From: Candidatus Methanoperedens sp.
Lineage (GTDB): Archaea > Halobacteriota > Methanosarcinia > Methanosarcinales > Methanoperedenaceae
Length of the DNA stretch: 32,000 nt
Assembly (NCBI GenBank): GCA_041494705.1
Contig: JBGQBI010000005.1
Coordinates: 60,001 to 92,000 of the forward strand
Direction: 5' to 3'
This document shows positions 17,040 through 27,303 of this stretch, in pieces. The position numbers and the translations under genes were made by a program. Every line of letters begins with the position of its first letter. Positions within the stretch are counted from its first letter, which is position 1. The notes beneath the pieces are model-generated. The model had not been told where the DNA came from. It saw nothing but the letters and a program-made list of their open reading frames with translations, and ran no database searches.

Positions 17040-17060
17040 GTGTTACTTTGCAGTAATCCC

Positions 17061-17987
17061 TCAAATCACAAACCCCGTCTCTGACTTCGGCCTCGGCTTG
17101 ATCAAAATAAAGTTCCTCATCTTCGAAGGCAAAACCTGCGCCACCTCCTTCAAAGTAACCCCCTCAACGAACCTGATATTCTCCAACTGCTCATGGAACT
17201 CCTCATAAGGCAACTTGACCCTCGCGCCATTTAACTGCAATGTTATCGGAAGGGGATGAAGATTGTCAATTACCTCCTGCACCTGCTCCTCGATTTCTTT
17301 CTTGATGCGCGGAGGGGCTATGGAAGGCGGGTCTTTTGATATCTCTTTCCTGACGTCATCCAGGACTTTACCTATTACCTCAGCAAGCTTATCCAGGGTG
17401 CGAAGCTCCTCGGCATGCCGCATATGATGCAAAATCCTTCCGAAATTGCCCACGTATGCGGTTGCATTCGGGACATCCTCTGTTCTCAATTCAGGCGCGC
17501 CCGTGACCACAACCGGTATTTCAATCCCTTCGTAAAGCCTCTTTGACTTTTCAATAATGCAGTGCTCATAATTCCCAAGGATGAAAACAGCCACATCATG
17601 TTCATTAATAAGGTCGCGTTCATAAGCCGTAAGCTGGCATATTCTCTTCCCGACTCCCCGCGCAAGCCCGACCATATTTGTCTTGGCTCCCTGTTTTCTC
17701 AGGAATTCAGCCACGTCGCAATCAAGGTGCGGGAGATGATGATAAGCAAGCGTTGGCGCGACGGTGGCGATTTCGCTTCCTGTAAGCGGTGCCCGCGTGA
17801 GCTTTCCGAGAAGCTCTTTTGCCTTGGCTTCAACGATTGCGATATCATTTATGGGGACAAGCATCAACAGGACGACTTCGGTCTGCATCACGTTTTTCTG
17901 AAGGATATATCCGCCAAGGTCTTCCACCAGTTCTACTAAATGATTGTGCTTATAGACCCCGCCTACATACATAATAGGTTCAAGCAT
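17061..17987 (-). CDS. mmp7: Methanogenesis marker protein 7 (Mmp7)
   Basis: 308 aa, matching the family length. It is last in the conserved marker operon and overlaps mmp17 by 8 nt. Confidence 0.85.
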   Translation of the reverse strand: MLEPIMYVGGVYKHNHLVELVEDLGGYILQKNVMQTEVVLLMLVPINDIAIVEAKAKELLGKLTRAPLTGSEIATVAPTLAYHHLPHLDCDVAEFLRKQGAKTNMVGLARGVGKRICQLTAYERDLINEHDVAVFILGNYEHCIIEKSKRLYEGIEIPVVVTGAPELRTEDVPNATAYVGNFGRILHHMRHAEELRTLDKLAEVIGKVLDDVRKEISKDPPSIAPPRIKKEIEEQVQEVIDNLHPLPITLQLNGARVKLPYEEFHEQLENIRFVEGVTLKEVAQVLPSKMRNFILIKPRPKSETGFVI

Positions 17988-18585
17988 TTTCTTCCCTCCG
18001 CAGTGACTCCAGCATGTCCTTTGCTTTCGCCAGCCATTCAGGTTTCAGCGTATCCTCGGAAGCCACGAAAAGAACATGAGACATCGAAAGCTCATGTTTT
18101 CGCACCCTGAAACCTTCAGGTATTATGCGAAGGGCAATGGCATCGATGAGCCTGTCAAGCACTTCCTGCTGGGGTTCTTCAATCACAAGTTCGCGCATGG
18201 CGTCCAGTTCTTTTAACGGGTCGGTTTTAACAATTAATATTTTCTTGTCTGGCTGCTCGATATTTTCCTTGCCGTATTTTGCCCAGAGTTTATTGAGTAA
18301 TTTAATAGTGTAGGCTTCTTTATCAATTTCTATCTTGATTTCGTCCTTGCCGATCGAGCCCATTTCGACTTTGGCAAAATCTTTAAGCTTGACAGAAGGT
18401 GTTCCGAGGCGCAACAAGGCTGCAAATATGAAAACAGGTTCAACCGGGTCCACGAAAACCCGCAATCTTCCGATGACACGCGAGAGGGACAGATCCGCAA
18501 TCGTATCCATTATAAGGGTTCGCGTGGTTTTAGCCCCGACTGCATCTGGCGATTCCACAATAAATATCTCGAGCTGTTCCATCAT
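17980..18585 (-). CDS. mmp17: Methanogenesis marker protein 17 (Mmp17)
   Basis: 201 aa. Its length and its position between markers 15 and 7 fit the conserved operon. Confidence 0.8.
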   Translation of the reverse strand: MMEQLEIFIVESPDAVGAKTTRTLIMDTIADLSLSRVIGRLRVFVDPVEPVFIFAALLRLGTPSVKLKDFAKVEMGSIGKDEIKIEIDKEAYTIKLLNKLWAKYGKENIEQPDKKILIVKTDPLKELDAMRELVIEEPQQEVLDRLIDAIALRIIPEGFRVRKHELSMSHVLFVASEDTLKPEWLAKAKDMLESLRREENA

Positions 18586-18591
18586 GGCTCC

Positions 18592-19836
18592 CTATTTGGA
18601 AATGAATCCTGAAGCAAGAAGCGCCGCCCCTACCGCTCCAATATACTGTGCGTTTTCGGGGACGATGACCTTCACTTTTAGCAATTCCTCAACCGCCTTT
18701 GGCAGCCCTTCAATAAGAGAAGTGCCGCCAACCATTATAACAGGTTCCTTCACATCAATCTCCTGGAGCTGCTGCTCGAATAATTGTTCTGCAACGCTGT
18801 GACAGGCTGCCGCTGCCACATCCTCGGGAACGCTTCCCGCAGCCAGTGAATTTACAAGGGACTGGATACCGAAGACGATGCAGTAGCTGTTCATCTTGAC
18901 GTTCTCGGCCTTTCCTTTTACTGCGAGCGCTCCAAGCTCGGTTATGCTCACGCCGAGCCGTTTTGCTGTCATTTCAAGGAACCTGCCCGATGCGCCGGCG
19001 CAGATGCCACCCATCGTGAACATGCCGGGAATGCCGTCAATAACGGATATTGCCTTATTGTCCATGCCTCCGATATCGAGAACTGTAGCGGTTCCTTTTT
19101 GTTTCCCGGCAAGGTAAACTGCGCCTTTTGAATTAACCGTAATTTCTTCCTGGATAAGGTCTGCCTTGAAATGTTCCCCGATAAGGAAACGCCCGTAACC
19201 CGTAGTGCCGAGAGCCTGTATTTCTTCGCGTTTAACCCCGGCTTCCTTCAATGCATTGGCATACGCTTCCTCAGCGCTTTCCAGTACCTTGATGGTGGGC
19301 ACCCATCCTTTCCCGATAATCTTATCATCTCTCATGACAACGGCTTTTGTTGTTGTAGAACCTGAATCTATTCCTGCTGTAAGACCGCTCTGCTTTTCTC
19401 TTGCAAGAAGGCTCTTCCTGCGTGCCGTGGTTGTGAGCGCCTCCATTCTTGTAAGTAGTGTTCCCGCAGTGGTTCTTTCCGTGAATGAGTAACTTATGAC
19501 CGGGATACCGGTTTTTTCATGTATGTAGCGGCGCACTTCGCTCCTCACAAGTGCGGCTTCGGCGCACCTGAAGCAGGTTGCGACGAAAACAGCATCGACA
19601 TGCACCTTTCCGGTCACAATGGCTTTTGCCCGCGCCATTATAAGTTTGAGGTCGGGACTTGCCACTTTAAGCCCGAATTCCTCTTCGATTGCTTCAATAT
19701 CCGCAATATCCACTTCGGGATAGACCATGACCGCGTTTACCTGCTTGACTGCGGAATCGATTTCTTTCTGTATCCCGCTGTATTCCGCGCCGCATGAAAG
19801 CTGGGCTATCCTTACAGGATTATCAGTTGAAGTCAT
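18592..19836 (-). CDS. mmp15: Methanogenesis marker protein 15 (Mmp15; BadF/BcrA/HgdC-like ASKHA ATPase)
   Basis: 414 aa. Contains the ASKHA phosphate motif [21 protein letters not shown] and GGTSLIEG. It overlaps mmp5 as ATGA. Confidence 0.85.
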   Translation of the reverse strand: MTSTDNPVRIAQLSCGAEYSGIQKEIDSAVKQVNAVMVYPEVDIADIEAIEEEFGLKVASPDLKLIMARAKAIVTGKVHVDAVFVATCFRCAEAALVRSEVRRYIHEKTGIPVISYSFTERTTAGTLLTRMEALTTTARRKSLLAREKQSGLTAGIDSGSTTTKAVVMRDDKIIGKGWVPTIKVLESAEEAYANALKEAGVKREEIQALGTTGYGRFLIGEHFKADLIQEEITVNSKGAVYLAGKQKGTATVLDIGGMDNKAISVIDGIPGMFTMGGICAGASGRFLEMTAKRLGVSITELGALAVKGKAENVKMNSYCIVFGIQSLVNSLAAGSVPEDVAAAACHSVAEQLFEQQLQEIDVKEPVIMVGGTSLIEGLPKAVEELLKVKVIVPENAQYIGAVGAALLASGFISK

Positions 19837-20285
19837 TTCTTTTCCTCCGAGGGCTTGAGGGATTTTAAGAATTCCGATATTTTATATACAAATTCTTTCG
19901 CATCTTCCTCGGTTGATGGATAATCCAGCTCAAGTAGCGGGATTTTTTTAGCCCGCAATAAGAAATTGACAAGTTCATTCGTCCTCGCGCAGCCCATACA
20001 GCCAAACGATATCACAGGGTCGCGGACAACGATGGCAGCTTCTGCATTCTTAAGAAGCGGGTCAAAAAGCGACATCCTGCCTCTTACGCCTGACGGGACT
20101 TCCACAGCCGCATATTTCAACCCGAACTTCGGGTCTTCGGGCGTGATGTTCAAAGGGGGCGAATCAAGTCCCTGTGATTTGACCTTTTTCCCTATCTCCT
20201 GCATTATTGCAAGCGGTTCATGGCCAAATCGTTCAACCAGGTCTGAAAGAATAAGACTGTTTGATGGGTAAATAAAAACCTTCAT
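19833..20285 (-). CDS. mmp5: Methanogenesis marker protein 5 (Mmp5)
   Basis: 150 aa with N-terminus [25 protein letters not shown]. Its length and operon position fit the family. Confidence 0.8.
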   Translation of the reverse strand: MKVFIYPSNSLILSDLVERFGHEPLAIMQEIGKKVKSQGLDSPPLNITPEDPKFGLKYAAVEVPSGVRGRMSLFDPLLKNAEAAIVVRDPVISFGCMGCARTNELVNFLLRAKKIPLLELDYPSTEEDAKEFVYKISEFLKSLKPSEEKK

Positions 20286-20710
20286 TGCATTACCTCTGTT
20301 CCTTTTATAATACTTTTAAGTTTCTCTATATCGAGTTTTTTCTTTTTTTCTTTTAGTTTGGGAATTTCACCTTTATCAAGCGCCCGAAGCGCCGAAGCGA
20401 TGTGCGGTAACAATTTATCTTCGCTCTCGAGATTATGGAATCCGGGTCTTGCCCCGCCGCGTCTTGTCGCCCTGCAGCGGTATGGCTCACCTGGCGCAAA
20501 GCCCCGCTCTTTAATGAAAATGCCGTAGGGGTCCATCTTGCGAATGTTTGAAAGGAGAGAATCAACAACCTGGCGTTCCCCGGTTACCATGACCCCGAAA
20601 CAGGTTTCCTTAACCAAAACATCGGCATTGGATTCGTAAAGCTTTATAACTACATCGCTTGGCAGCAGTTTTGACGAATTGATTACCACCATTTTGGTTA
20701 TGGTATCCAT
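20282..20710 (-). CDS. mmp6: Methanogenesis marker protein 6 (Mmp6)
   Basis: 142 aa. Contains ETCFG...ERGFAPGEPYRCRATRRGGARPGF. It overlaps mmp3 as TAATG. Confidence 0.8.
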   Translation of the reverse strand: MDTITKMVVINSSKLLPSDVVIKLYESNADVLVKETCFGVMVTGERQVVDSLLSNIRKMDPYGIFIKERGFAPGEPYRCRATRRGGARPGFHNLESEDKLLPHIASALRALDKGEIPKLKEKKKKLDIEKLKSIIKGTEVMQ

Positions 20711-22227
20711 TATGAAACCTCTCTTATGTAAATTATATCGCCGACCTTAAAACCTTTTAAGCGTTCCGGCTCAATGACTTTCCCGATTATATTTGTACAT
20801 TCGAACTTTTCTCCCGTAGGACCATATTTTTCATCATCTGTAAGCCTGACGCCAACCATACCGTAGCGTTTTGAAGCCTGGTTGGTCACGCCGATTTCAC
20901 CTGCTGCGACCCGGGTTTTAGGAACATTCTCGGGATTGATTTCCTTATAGGCCTCAGCTTCTTTCCCTGACTTGAAAAGGTAAGTATTCTCGTATGTATA
21001 AACCACAGGCAGTGGACCTAACGGCCTGTCTTTCAGGCGCAGTGAATGCCTGAAGAAATCAAGTGTCATTGGGGCTTTGTCATCATAAAAACTGACATTG
21101 ATTATTTTATCGGATTTCACGCCAAGACCTGTGACACCGCCAGACCCAATAATTTCAATTGTGGTATCAGGGTCCTGTTCTACTATTATAGCATCATCGC
21201 CTGTGTATCCCTGTTTTTCAAGTTTCAATCCGCGCCCGCTTAATAATTTTTCGGCATCCTTAAAGTTCATGCCAAGAATCATTATCCGCTCTGGATTTGA
21301 TATAACTCCAAGCTTGCTTCCTGCATCTACTATTTTAATAAGTTCCATCCCCTGGGAAACATGTCCTACAATGCTGTGAACCGCGCTTGATGTCCTGTCT
21401 TCTTTGTAGATATATATCCTTCCGTTTCCCAGGCCGTCAGTGCGCACTGCTATGGCCCCTTCGGAACGGGCATCCCAGTGTTCATACTGGCATCCTTCGC
21501 CTTTTAATTCATCATCCGATATGAACGAGTTTGAGAAAGTGTCTACGGCGAAGACCTTTTTCCTTATGAGGGCGAGGAAATGTTCTGCCCCTTCAGGGGA
21601 TTCATTTGACAGGTCCACTTTAAAATAAGTGAAAATTTTCATTCCGTCTTCAAGCTTGAGATTCAAATCCTTCGTTGAAATCTTATCAAGGAGCGTTTCC
21701 CATTTTATGACGGGTTCTATTTTAAGTATCGTATCTCCCTGTTTGAGATTCAAAATAATATTTTTGCCGCTTATGACCTTTGCGAAAACCGCGTCTTTCG
21801 GGCTGCCATAATCAGAAATATGCTTATTTTTCGCAAGCATTAGGTATGAATTTTTCGCATCATACCCGCCTGTCCCCAAAAAAACATCGTACCTGTTATA
21901 TTTCTGTTCCATCCTTTGCGGGATTATATCCGTTCCGACAGGACCGAACGCAATGGAATTTATGGTTTCCCAGTGTGCATTCGTGCCCGGAAAATCATGA
22001 CTGAATTTATTCCATAACCCGGGGTCGCCGGACAATTCTATCCTGAATTCCCCTTTGCTGGTAATGATTTTATACTCGGATGTGGCCTGTTCTTTTTGCG
22101 TGCCTGTTTTTAGGATTCCGATAGTTGTGCCCGGAATATAGAATGCTTTTGATAGTTCGATTGCATCTTTCAGGCTTGCATTCTCTTTTAAATCTGATTT
22201 TTGCCCATTAATCTCAATTGAAACCAC
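20710..22227 (-). CDS. mmp3: Methanogenesis marker protein 3 (Mmp3)
   Basis: 505 aa, matching the family length. It lies directly downstream of atwA. Confidence 0.85.
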   Translation of the reverse strand: MVSIEINGQKSDLKENASLKDAIELSKAFYIPGTTIGILKTGTQKEQATSEYKIITSKGEFRIELSGDPGLWNKFSHDFPGTNAHWETINSIAFGPVGTDIIPQRMEQKYNRYDVFLGTGGYDAKNSYLMLAKNKHISDYGSPKDAVFAKVISGKNIILNLKQGDTILKIEPVIKWETLLDKISTKDLNLKLEDGMKIFTYFKVDLSNESPEGAEHFLALIRKKVFAVDTFSNSFISDDELKGEGCQYEHWDARSEGAIAVRTDGLGNGRIYIYKEDRTSSAVHSIVGHVSQGMELIKIVDAGSKLGVISNPERIMILGMNFKDAEKLLSGRGLKLEKQGYTGDDAIIVEQDPDTTIEIIGSGGVTGLGVKSDKIINVSFYDDKAPMTLDFFRHSLRLKDRPLGPLPVVYTYENTYLFKSGKEAEAYKEINPENVPKTRVAAGEIGVTNQASKRYGMVGVRLTDDEKYGPTGEKFECTNIIGKVIEPERLKGFKVGDIIYIREVS

Positions 22228-22297
22228 ATATCCTCCTTATTTTATTTGCGATTGAACGGGGCGATTATTTACTTTCATTTGTGGTTCTTTCAGGATT

Positions 22298-23926
22298 CTA
22301 TTTCAATTCTTTAACTATTCCTTCCAGAGCTTCCTCCCGCTCTTTACTGGATAGTTTTGATAAAACAGCACCACTTTCCCCTATATCCACTATTTTACCA
22401 AGACGCATCAATGCAGCCCTGTCGCAAACTTCAGCAACGAAATCCATATCATGCGATACTATGACAAATGTCTCTCCCATTTCTTTCCTGGCATTGAGTA
22501 TCGATTTTGAAACTTCAATTTTCGTAACAGGGTCCATTGTTCCTGTAGGTTCGTCAAAAACAAGTATCCTTGGCTCTTTGATAAGAACCTGGGCCATTGC
22601 CACCCTGTGCCTTTCCCCTTCGCTCAGTTCATCAGGCATTTTATTGAGAACTTCTTTTGCTTTTTTCTCGGTAAACCCGGCAGTCATCAAAGTCTTGATA
22701 GCTTTTCTTTCACCCAGTTCAAATGGTAAATCAAGCCCGATTGATTCGGTCAGGTTATTAATAACATTCCTGTGCGGATAAAGACTGTATTCCTGATGCA
22801 AAACACCTATATATTTTGTAGCGCGCCCCTTCTTATCCGGACCAAGCTGTGTCAGGTCTATCCACTCGTCACCAATTCTAACATCAATCGAACCGGATGT
22901 GGGACGCAATAAGCCTGAAATAATTTTTGATGTTGTAGTTTTACCTGCTCCGCTGACCCCGATTATTCCGAATATTTCCCCTTCATTTATATCAAAACTG
23001 ACATCATTGACCGCCCTGACTATTCCCCTGTCAAGAGAGAAATACGTCATCTGCAGGTTGCGGGCACGGATAATGGTTTCCCCTATCTTTACTTCTTCCT
23101 GCTCGCCTATCTTCCCGACTTCTTTCATAAACGCAGAAGCGACTTGCGAAGGATCGCCTATCATTATTATTTTCCCTTCATCAAGCCATATGGCCTTATG
23201 CGAAAGCTCTTCGATTACTTTTGGCCAGTGCGAGGTGATAACAAGTGACATTTTGAAGTTTTTTGTTGCGTTCAAAATGCTTTCATGAACGACTTCCGCT
23301 GTTTTGGGGTCAAGAGTACCCGTTGGCTCATCCGCAAGCAGCAGGATGGGATTTTTTACAAGCTGCCTTGCAAGGACAACACGCTGTTTTTCACCGCCTG
23401 AAAGTTCTCTTGCGATATGCATCATCCTGTTTGAGAGATTGACCTGGTCAAGCAAATCCGCAGCCCTGTGAATCGCAGTGGGACCCATTTCATCTATCTC
23501 CTGGAGTGCGTTCATAACATTCACGATAACCCTTTCATCCCCATACAATGCAAACGTCCTCTGCAGCATGATGGCAATTCTTCTTGTTATGTCCCGCCTT
23601 AACGGGTCATGGATTGGCAGTTTTATAAAATCAACATCGATCCCTTCAAAATTTGCATTGCATTTAGGACATGCTGTCCCCACTTTACTCGGAAGGTCGA
23701 TAAACCTGCATCCACTGCATCTTGCAAGATGATATACCACACTTCCTGAGATATCATCAAAGGTTTCCACTCCTCTTAACACATGCATCAAAATAGATTT
23801 GCCTGCGCTGCTTTTGCCCAATATCCCGACAATCTCGCCTTCTTTGATTTCAAAGTTAATATCTTTAAGAACATCGACTCCATCAAAGCCAACACGAAGA
23901 TTTTTGATTTCAATAAATAGCGTCAT
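22298..23926 (-). CDS. atwA: Methyl-coenzyme M reductase system component A2 (double ABC ATPase)
   Basis: 542 aa with two ABC ATPase domains. Walker A motifs are GKSSAGKS and GVSGAGKTT; signatures are LSGGEKQR and [11 protein letters not shown]2CX12CX2C insert (C70-C89, 23660-23719) sits in the first domain. It heads the marker operon. Confidence 0.9.
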   Translation of the reverse strand: MTLFIEIKNLRVGFDGVDVLKDINFEIKEGEIVGILGKSSAGKSILMHVLRGVETFDDISGSVVYHLARCSGCRFIDLPSKVGTACPKCNANFEGIDVDFIKLPIHDPLRRDITRRIAIMLQRTFALYGDERVIVNVMNALQEIDEMGPTAIHRAADLLDQVNLSNRMMHIARELSGGEKQRVVLARQLVKNPILLLADEPTGTLDPKTAEVVHESILNATKNFKMSLVITSHWPKVIEELSHKAIWLDEGKIIMIGDPSQVASAFMKEVGKIGEQEEVKIGETIIRARNLQMTYFSLDRGIVRAVNDVSFDINEGEIFGIIGVSGAGKTTTSKIISGLLRPTSGSIDVRIGDEWIDLTQLGPDKKGRATKYIGVLHQEYSLYPHRNVINNLTESIGLDLPFELGERKAIKTLMTAGFTEKKAKEVLNKMPDELSEGERHRVAMAQVLIKEPRILVFDEPTGTMDPVTKIEVSKSILNARKEMGETFVIVSHDMDFVAEVCDRAALMRLGKIVDIGESGAVLSKLSSKEREEALEGIVKELK

Positions 23927-23968
23927 ATATTTTCTCCAGGGGTTGTATATGTGGATTATTAGTCCGCT

Positions 23969-23978
23969 TTATTATAAG
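23969..23978 (-). promoter_or_regulatory. Candidate TATA box for the atwA-mmp operon
   Basis: The minus strand reads aaaaaCTTATAATAAagcgg about 45-50 nt upstream of the ATG at 23926. GGAG lies 9 nt before the ATG. Confidence 0.3.
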
Positions 23979-24150
23979 TTTTTGTATTTAAGCGCATGAT
24001 GTTATAAACGATCGTTTTTGCGGTTAAACATCTCTTATAATCATTACTTATGCGGCATTTTTAAATGGCTAAAGCAGTACATAAATATAACGATAATACA
24101 TTACATATTATCAGCAAGATAAAAATTCATTACAGCCTTTAAACCAATTC

Positions 24151-24158
24151 TTTATATT
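24151..24158 (+). promoter_or_regulatory. Candidate TATA box for prs
   Basis: TTTATATT lies 32 nt upstream of the TTG start at 24191. GAGGT lies 7 nt before the start. Confidence 0.3.
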
Positions 24159-24190
24159 CTTTCTGTCTATTAGAGGCATGAGGTATTGAA

Positions 24191-25042
24191 TTGGATATTA
24201 TTGGCGGTCCTGCTTCACAATTGCTTGCAGGGAGAGTTTCAAAGGAATTGAAATCAAATTTGCTGGTTAGCGAATTCAAGAAATTTCCTGATGGGGAATT
24301 ATATACCCGCATACTGGAGGATTTTGCCGGTGATAATGTCACTATAATTCAAAGTACTGTGAACGATTCTGATTTTATTGCACTTCTCCAGTTAATTGAC
24401 GCCTGCAGTGAAGCATCCAGGATTAATGTTGTAATCCCATACATGGGTTATGCGAGGCAGGATAAACAATTCAAGAAGGGAGAACCGATAAGCCCGCGCG
24501 CCCTGGCAGGAGCGATAAAAGCTGATAATGTCTTTACTATCAATATTCACGCTGAAAGCATTCTTGACTATTTTGATGCAAAAGCGGTTAATCTTGATGC
24601 GACCCCTGCGATAGGAAAATACATAAAAAATATGGAATTCAAAGACCCGCTTATAGTCGCGCCGGACGACGGTGCTATCGCTCTTGCCCGGAACGCGGCA
24701 AGAGACCTTGGCATTGATTGCGATTACCTTGAGAAAACACGTTTGAGCGGAGAGAGCGTAACCATCCAGCCTAAAAATATAAACGTTCGGGGAAGGGATG
24801 TAATAATTATCGATGATATAATTTCAACAGGCGGGACGATGGCAGAGACCATATCATTGCTCAGGAATCAGGGCGCTCATGAAGTGTTTGCCGCCTGCAT
24901 ACATCCTGTCCTTTCAAACAATGCCATTCTGAAATTATTTAAAGCTGGCGTGAAGGGAATCATTGCCACTGATACTATAGATAAAGGTGTAAGTGTTGTA
25001 AGCGTGGCTCCGGTGATAGCATCCGCAATAGGTAATATTTAA
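24191..25042 (+). CDS. prs: Ribose-phosphate pyrophosphokinase (PRPP synthetase)
   Basis: 283 aa with TTG start. Contains YMGYARQDK and the PRPP-binding loop VIIIDDIISTGGT. Confidence 0.9.
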   Translation: MDIIGGPASQLLAGRVSKELKSNLLVSEFKKFPDGELYTRILEDFAGDNVTIIQSTVNDSDFIALLQLIDACSEASRINVVIPYMGYARQDKQFKKGEPISPRALAGAIKADNVFTINIHAESILDYFDAKAVNLDATPAIGKYIKNMEFKDPLIVAPDDGAIALARNAARDLGIDCDYLEKTRLSGESVTIQPKNINVRGRDVIIIDDIISTGGTMAETISLLRNQGAHEVFAACIHPVLSNNAILKLFKAGVKGIIATDTIDKGVSVVSVAPVIASAIGNI

Positions 25043-25067
25043 ATATAATGAAGTTATTTAGGAAACT

Positions 25068-25143
25068 GATGGGCAGGTAACTAATTTTAAATACACTAAC
25101 CCCCACTCCCCAACCTGTCCATCATCTATTCTATCTGTTTTTT
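25068..25143 (+). terminator. Hairpin plus T6 tract downstream of prs
   Basis: GATGGGCAGG (25068-25077) pairs with CCTGTCCATC (25114-25123), with one G-U pair. T6 follows at 25138-25143. Confidence 0.3.
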
Positions 25144-25202
25144 AAGTTGGACTGAACAACATTTAAATAAACACACACTAACATTGATTATGGAGGTTGC
25201 AT

Positions 25203-25730
25203 ATGAAAAAAGTCCTTATCATCGTTGATATGATTAACGATTTTGTCACAGGAAAACTGGGAAGCCCCCGCGCCCGGGAAATTATCCCGAACATAGCATC
25301 TCTTATAAAAAAAGCAAGAAAGCAGGGCGTCCCTGTTATATATTTGCGTGATTCCCACACCCTGACCGACAAGGAAATGGACATCTGGGGAGAACATGCC
25401 ATGAAAGGCACGGAAGGCTCTGAAATCATACCTGAACTCAAACCTGAAAAAAAAGATATCGTTATTGAAAAGAGATGGTACAGCGCCTTTGTGGATACGG
25501 AACTGCCTGCAATCCTGGAAAAAATGGGGGCTGAAACCGTGGTTTTCACAGGCGTAAGTACGGATATCTGCGTACAGAATAACGTTGGTCATGCTTATTT
25601 TTCAGGTTATAAAACAATCGTCCCGCGCGATTGCACAGCCACACTGGATGAGGAATCCTTCGAACAATCCCTCAAATATATGAAGAATATCTACGGCACT
25701 GAAATAACGACTAATGACAAAGCGCTTTAG
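25203..25730 (+). CDS. Isochorismatase-family cysteine hydrolase (nicotinamidase-like)
   Basis: VDMINDF (catalytic Asp context) and GVSTDICV (catalytic Cys). GGAGG at 25192-25196 favours the ATG at 25203 over the track TTG at 25197. Confidence 0.85.
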   Translation: MKKVLIIVDMINDFVTGKLGSPRAREIIPNIASLIKKARKQGVPVIYLRDSHTLTDKEMDIWGEHAMKGTEGSEIIPELKPEKKDIVIEKRWYSAFVDTELPAILEKMGAETVVFTGVSTDICVQNNVGHAYFSGYKTIVPRDCTATLDEESFEQSLKYMKNIYGTEITTNDKAL

Positions 25731-25739
25731 GACATAGAA

Positions 25740-26396
25740 ATGATTTCCGGCATAGATGAAGCTGGCAAAGGGCCTGTGCTCGGTCCCATGTGCGTTGCGG
25801 GAGTACTTCTTAATGAAAACAAGCTGGAAACTCTATCACAAATCGGAGTGAAGGATTCAAAACAATTGACCCCTAAAAGACGGGAAATTCTTGCGGTCGA
25901 GATAAAAAAGCTGGTCGATAAATATTTCATCCTTGAAGTCACCCCCTTCCAGATAGATGAACTTCGGAAAATAATGACAATGAACGAGATAATGGTAGTC
26001 TGTTATGCAAAAGTCCTTGAAGAACTAAAACCAGACCATGCTTTTGTGGATGCTGCGGATGTGATAGCAGACCGTTTCGGGGAAAATATCAGGAAAAAAT
26101 ATACAAAAGATATAGAAATCACTTCGGAACATAAAGCAGATGTGAAATACCCGATTGTTTCTGCTGCCTCCATCCTTGCAAAAGTAAAGAGGGATGCTCT
26201 GGTAAAGGAACTGGAAAAAAAAGCAGGTGTGGAAATCGGAAGCGGCTATCCGGCAGACCCGAAAACCATCACGTTCCTTGAAAATTGGATTCAGGAATAT
26301 GGGTCGCTCCCGGATTTTGCCAGAAGTTCGTGGGAAACTTCAAAAAAACTGGTTGAGAAATTCAGTAAAAACCAGAAGAGAATATCTGAATATTAA
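25740..26396 (+). CDS. rnhB: Ribonuclease HII
   Basis: GIDEAGKGPVLGPMCVAGV and DSKQLTP are the RNase HII catalytic motifs. Confidence 0.9.
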   Translation: MISGIDEAGKGPVLGPMCVAGVLLNENKLETLSQIGVKDSKQLTPKRREILAVEIKKLVDKYFILEVTPFQIDELRKIMTMNEIMVVCYAKVLEELKPDHAFVDAADVIADRFGENIRKKYTKDIEITSEHKADVKYPIVSAASILAKVKRDALVKELEKKAGVEIGSGYPADPKTITFLENWIQEYGSLPDFARSSWETSKKLVEKFSKNQKRISEY

Positions 26397-26449
26397 CCTG
26401 TGGTATTACAGAAGAAATAATCCCGCTTCTCGCCCGGAACCATCTATTC

Positions 26450-26692
26450 TTATTTTGTTTCTTCTTTTTTCTCTTCCTTTGCCATTTCCTTATCCATCTT
26501 GTAATCGTCATATCCCATCCAGGCGACGATTAATCCTACAAACAGAAGGAAGAGACCGATTGTTGCTTTCAATAAACTAACGAGTTCACTCCAATACCCA
26601 AGATAACCTGACAATCCTGTGTACCATACGACGCCGATAATTAAAATCACTATGCCGGCCAACATCTTTATTAAATTACTTGCTGAGGACAT
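26450..26692 (-). CDS. Small two-TM membrane protein with a charged C-terminal tail
   Basis: 80 aa with two clear hydrophobic helices and a tail KMDKEMAKEEKKEETK. I do not recognise a family. Confidence 0.45.
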   Translation of the reverse strand: MSSASNLIKMLAGIVILIIGVVWYTGLSGYLGYWSELVSLLKATIGLFLLFVGLIVAWMGYDDYKMDKEMAKEEKKEETK

Positions 26693-26737
26693 TGTATCAC
26701 CATTGCTTAATTCATTTAATCTATATTAAGTTTTTTT

Positions 26738-27238
26738 ATGCAGCGTTCGGAAAAACTTATTACCCCGCTTATTAATAATACTGTAATGAACGGCACAATC
26801 CTGCAGGTAGCGATTAAAGGCGTTTATTTGATTGAGAAAGCCCCGGGCCCGGTACCGATTGTACTTCTTGAAGACAATTCAAAACGCATTATGCCTATCT
26901 ATATCGGTTTATCTGAAGCGATTTCAATTAATGCAGCGCTGAACCGGGACGTTCCGCCAAGACCGATGACTCATGACCTGTTCGTTTCCCTCCTTCAAAA
27001 AATGAGTTCAAAGATAGACAGTATCCTGATAGATGAACTGAATGAAGGTGTTTATTATGCGCGGATGTCTGTTTCATGGGATGGGCAGCATTTTGAACTG
27101 GACGCAAGACCAAGTGACTGCATAGCGATTGCCCTTAGATGCGGCGCGCCTGTTAATATCAGGGAAAATATACTTGCCGAGGCTGTAATCAGTAAAGAAG
27201 AACTGGAAACTATCACGCCGCTTGACAGTTATTTCTAG
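26738..27238 (+). CDS. Bifunctional nuclease (BFN/DUF151) family protein
   Basis: PIVLLEDNSKRIMPIYIGLSEAISINAAL...RPMTHDL...YYARM...DARPSDCIAIALR is the DUF151 pattern. The start may be the internal ATG at 26786. Confidence 0.75.
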   Translation: MQRSEKLITPLINNTVMNGTILQVAIKGVYLIEKAPGPVPIVLLEDNSKRIMPIYIGLSEAISINAALNRDVPPRPMTHDLFVSLLQKMSSKIDSILIDELNEGVYYARMSVSWDGQHFELDARPSDCIAIALRCGAPVNIRENILAEAVISKEELETITPLDSYF

Positions 27239-27303
27239 CAATTAATACTTTCACATCGCTATCACAAAGCAGATACATATCAGGAATAATATAACAACTA
27301 ACT

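Noticed and set aside
23660-23719. CX2CX12CX2C zinc-ribbon-like insert in the first ATPase domain of AtwA as a novelty
   Set aside because: I believe a Cys-rich insert at this position is a general trait of component A2 proteins rather than specific to this locus. It was not verifiable here, so I do not report it as a finding.
25060-25155. C/D box sRNA downstream of prs (CUGAUGG at about 25066 and CUGA at about 25151)
   Set aside because: The C box is imperfect, no credible C'/D' pair is present, and the roughly 85-nt spacing is too long for archaeal C/D sRNAs. A hairpin plus T6 terminator reading fits better.
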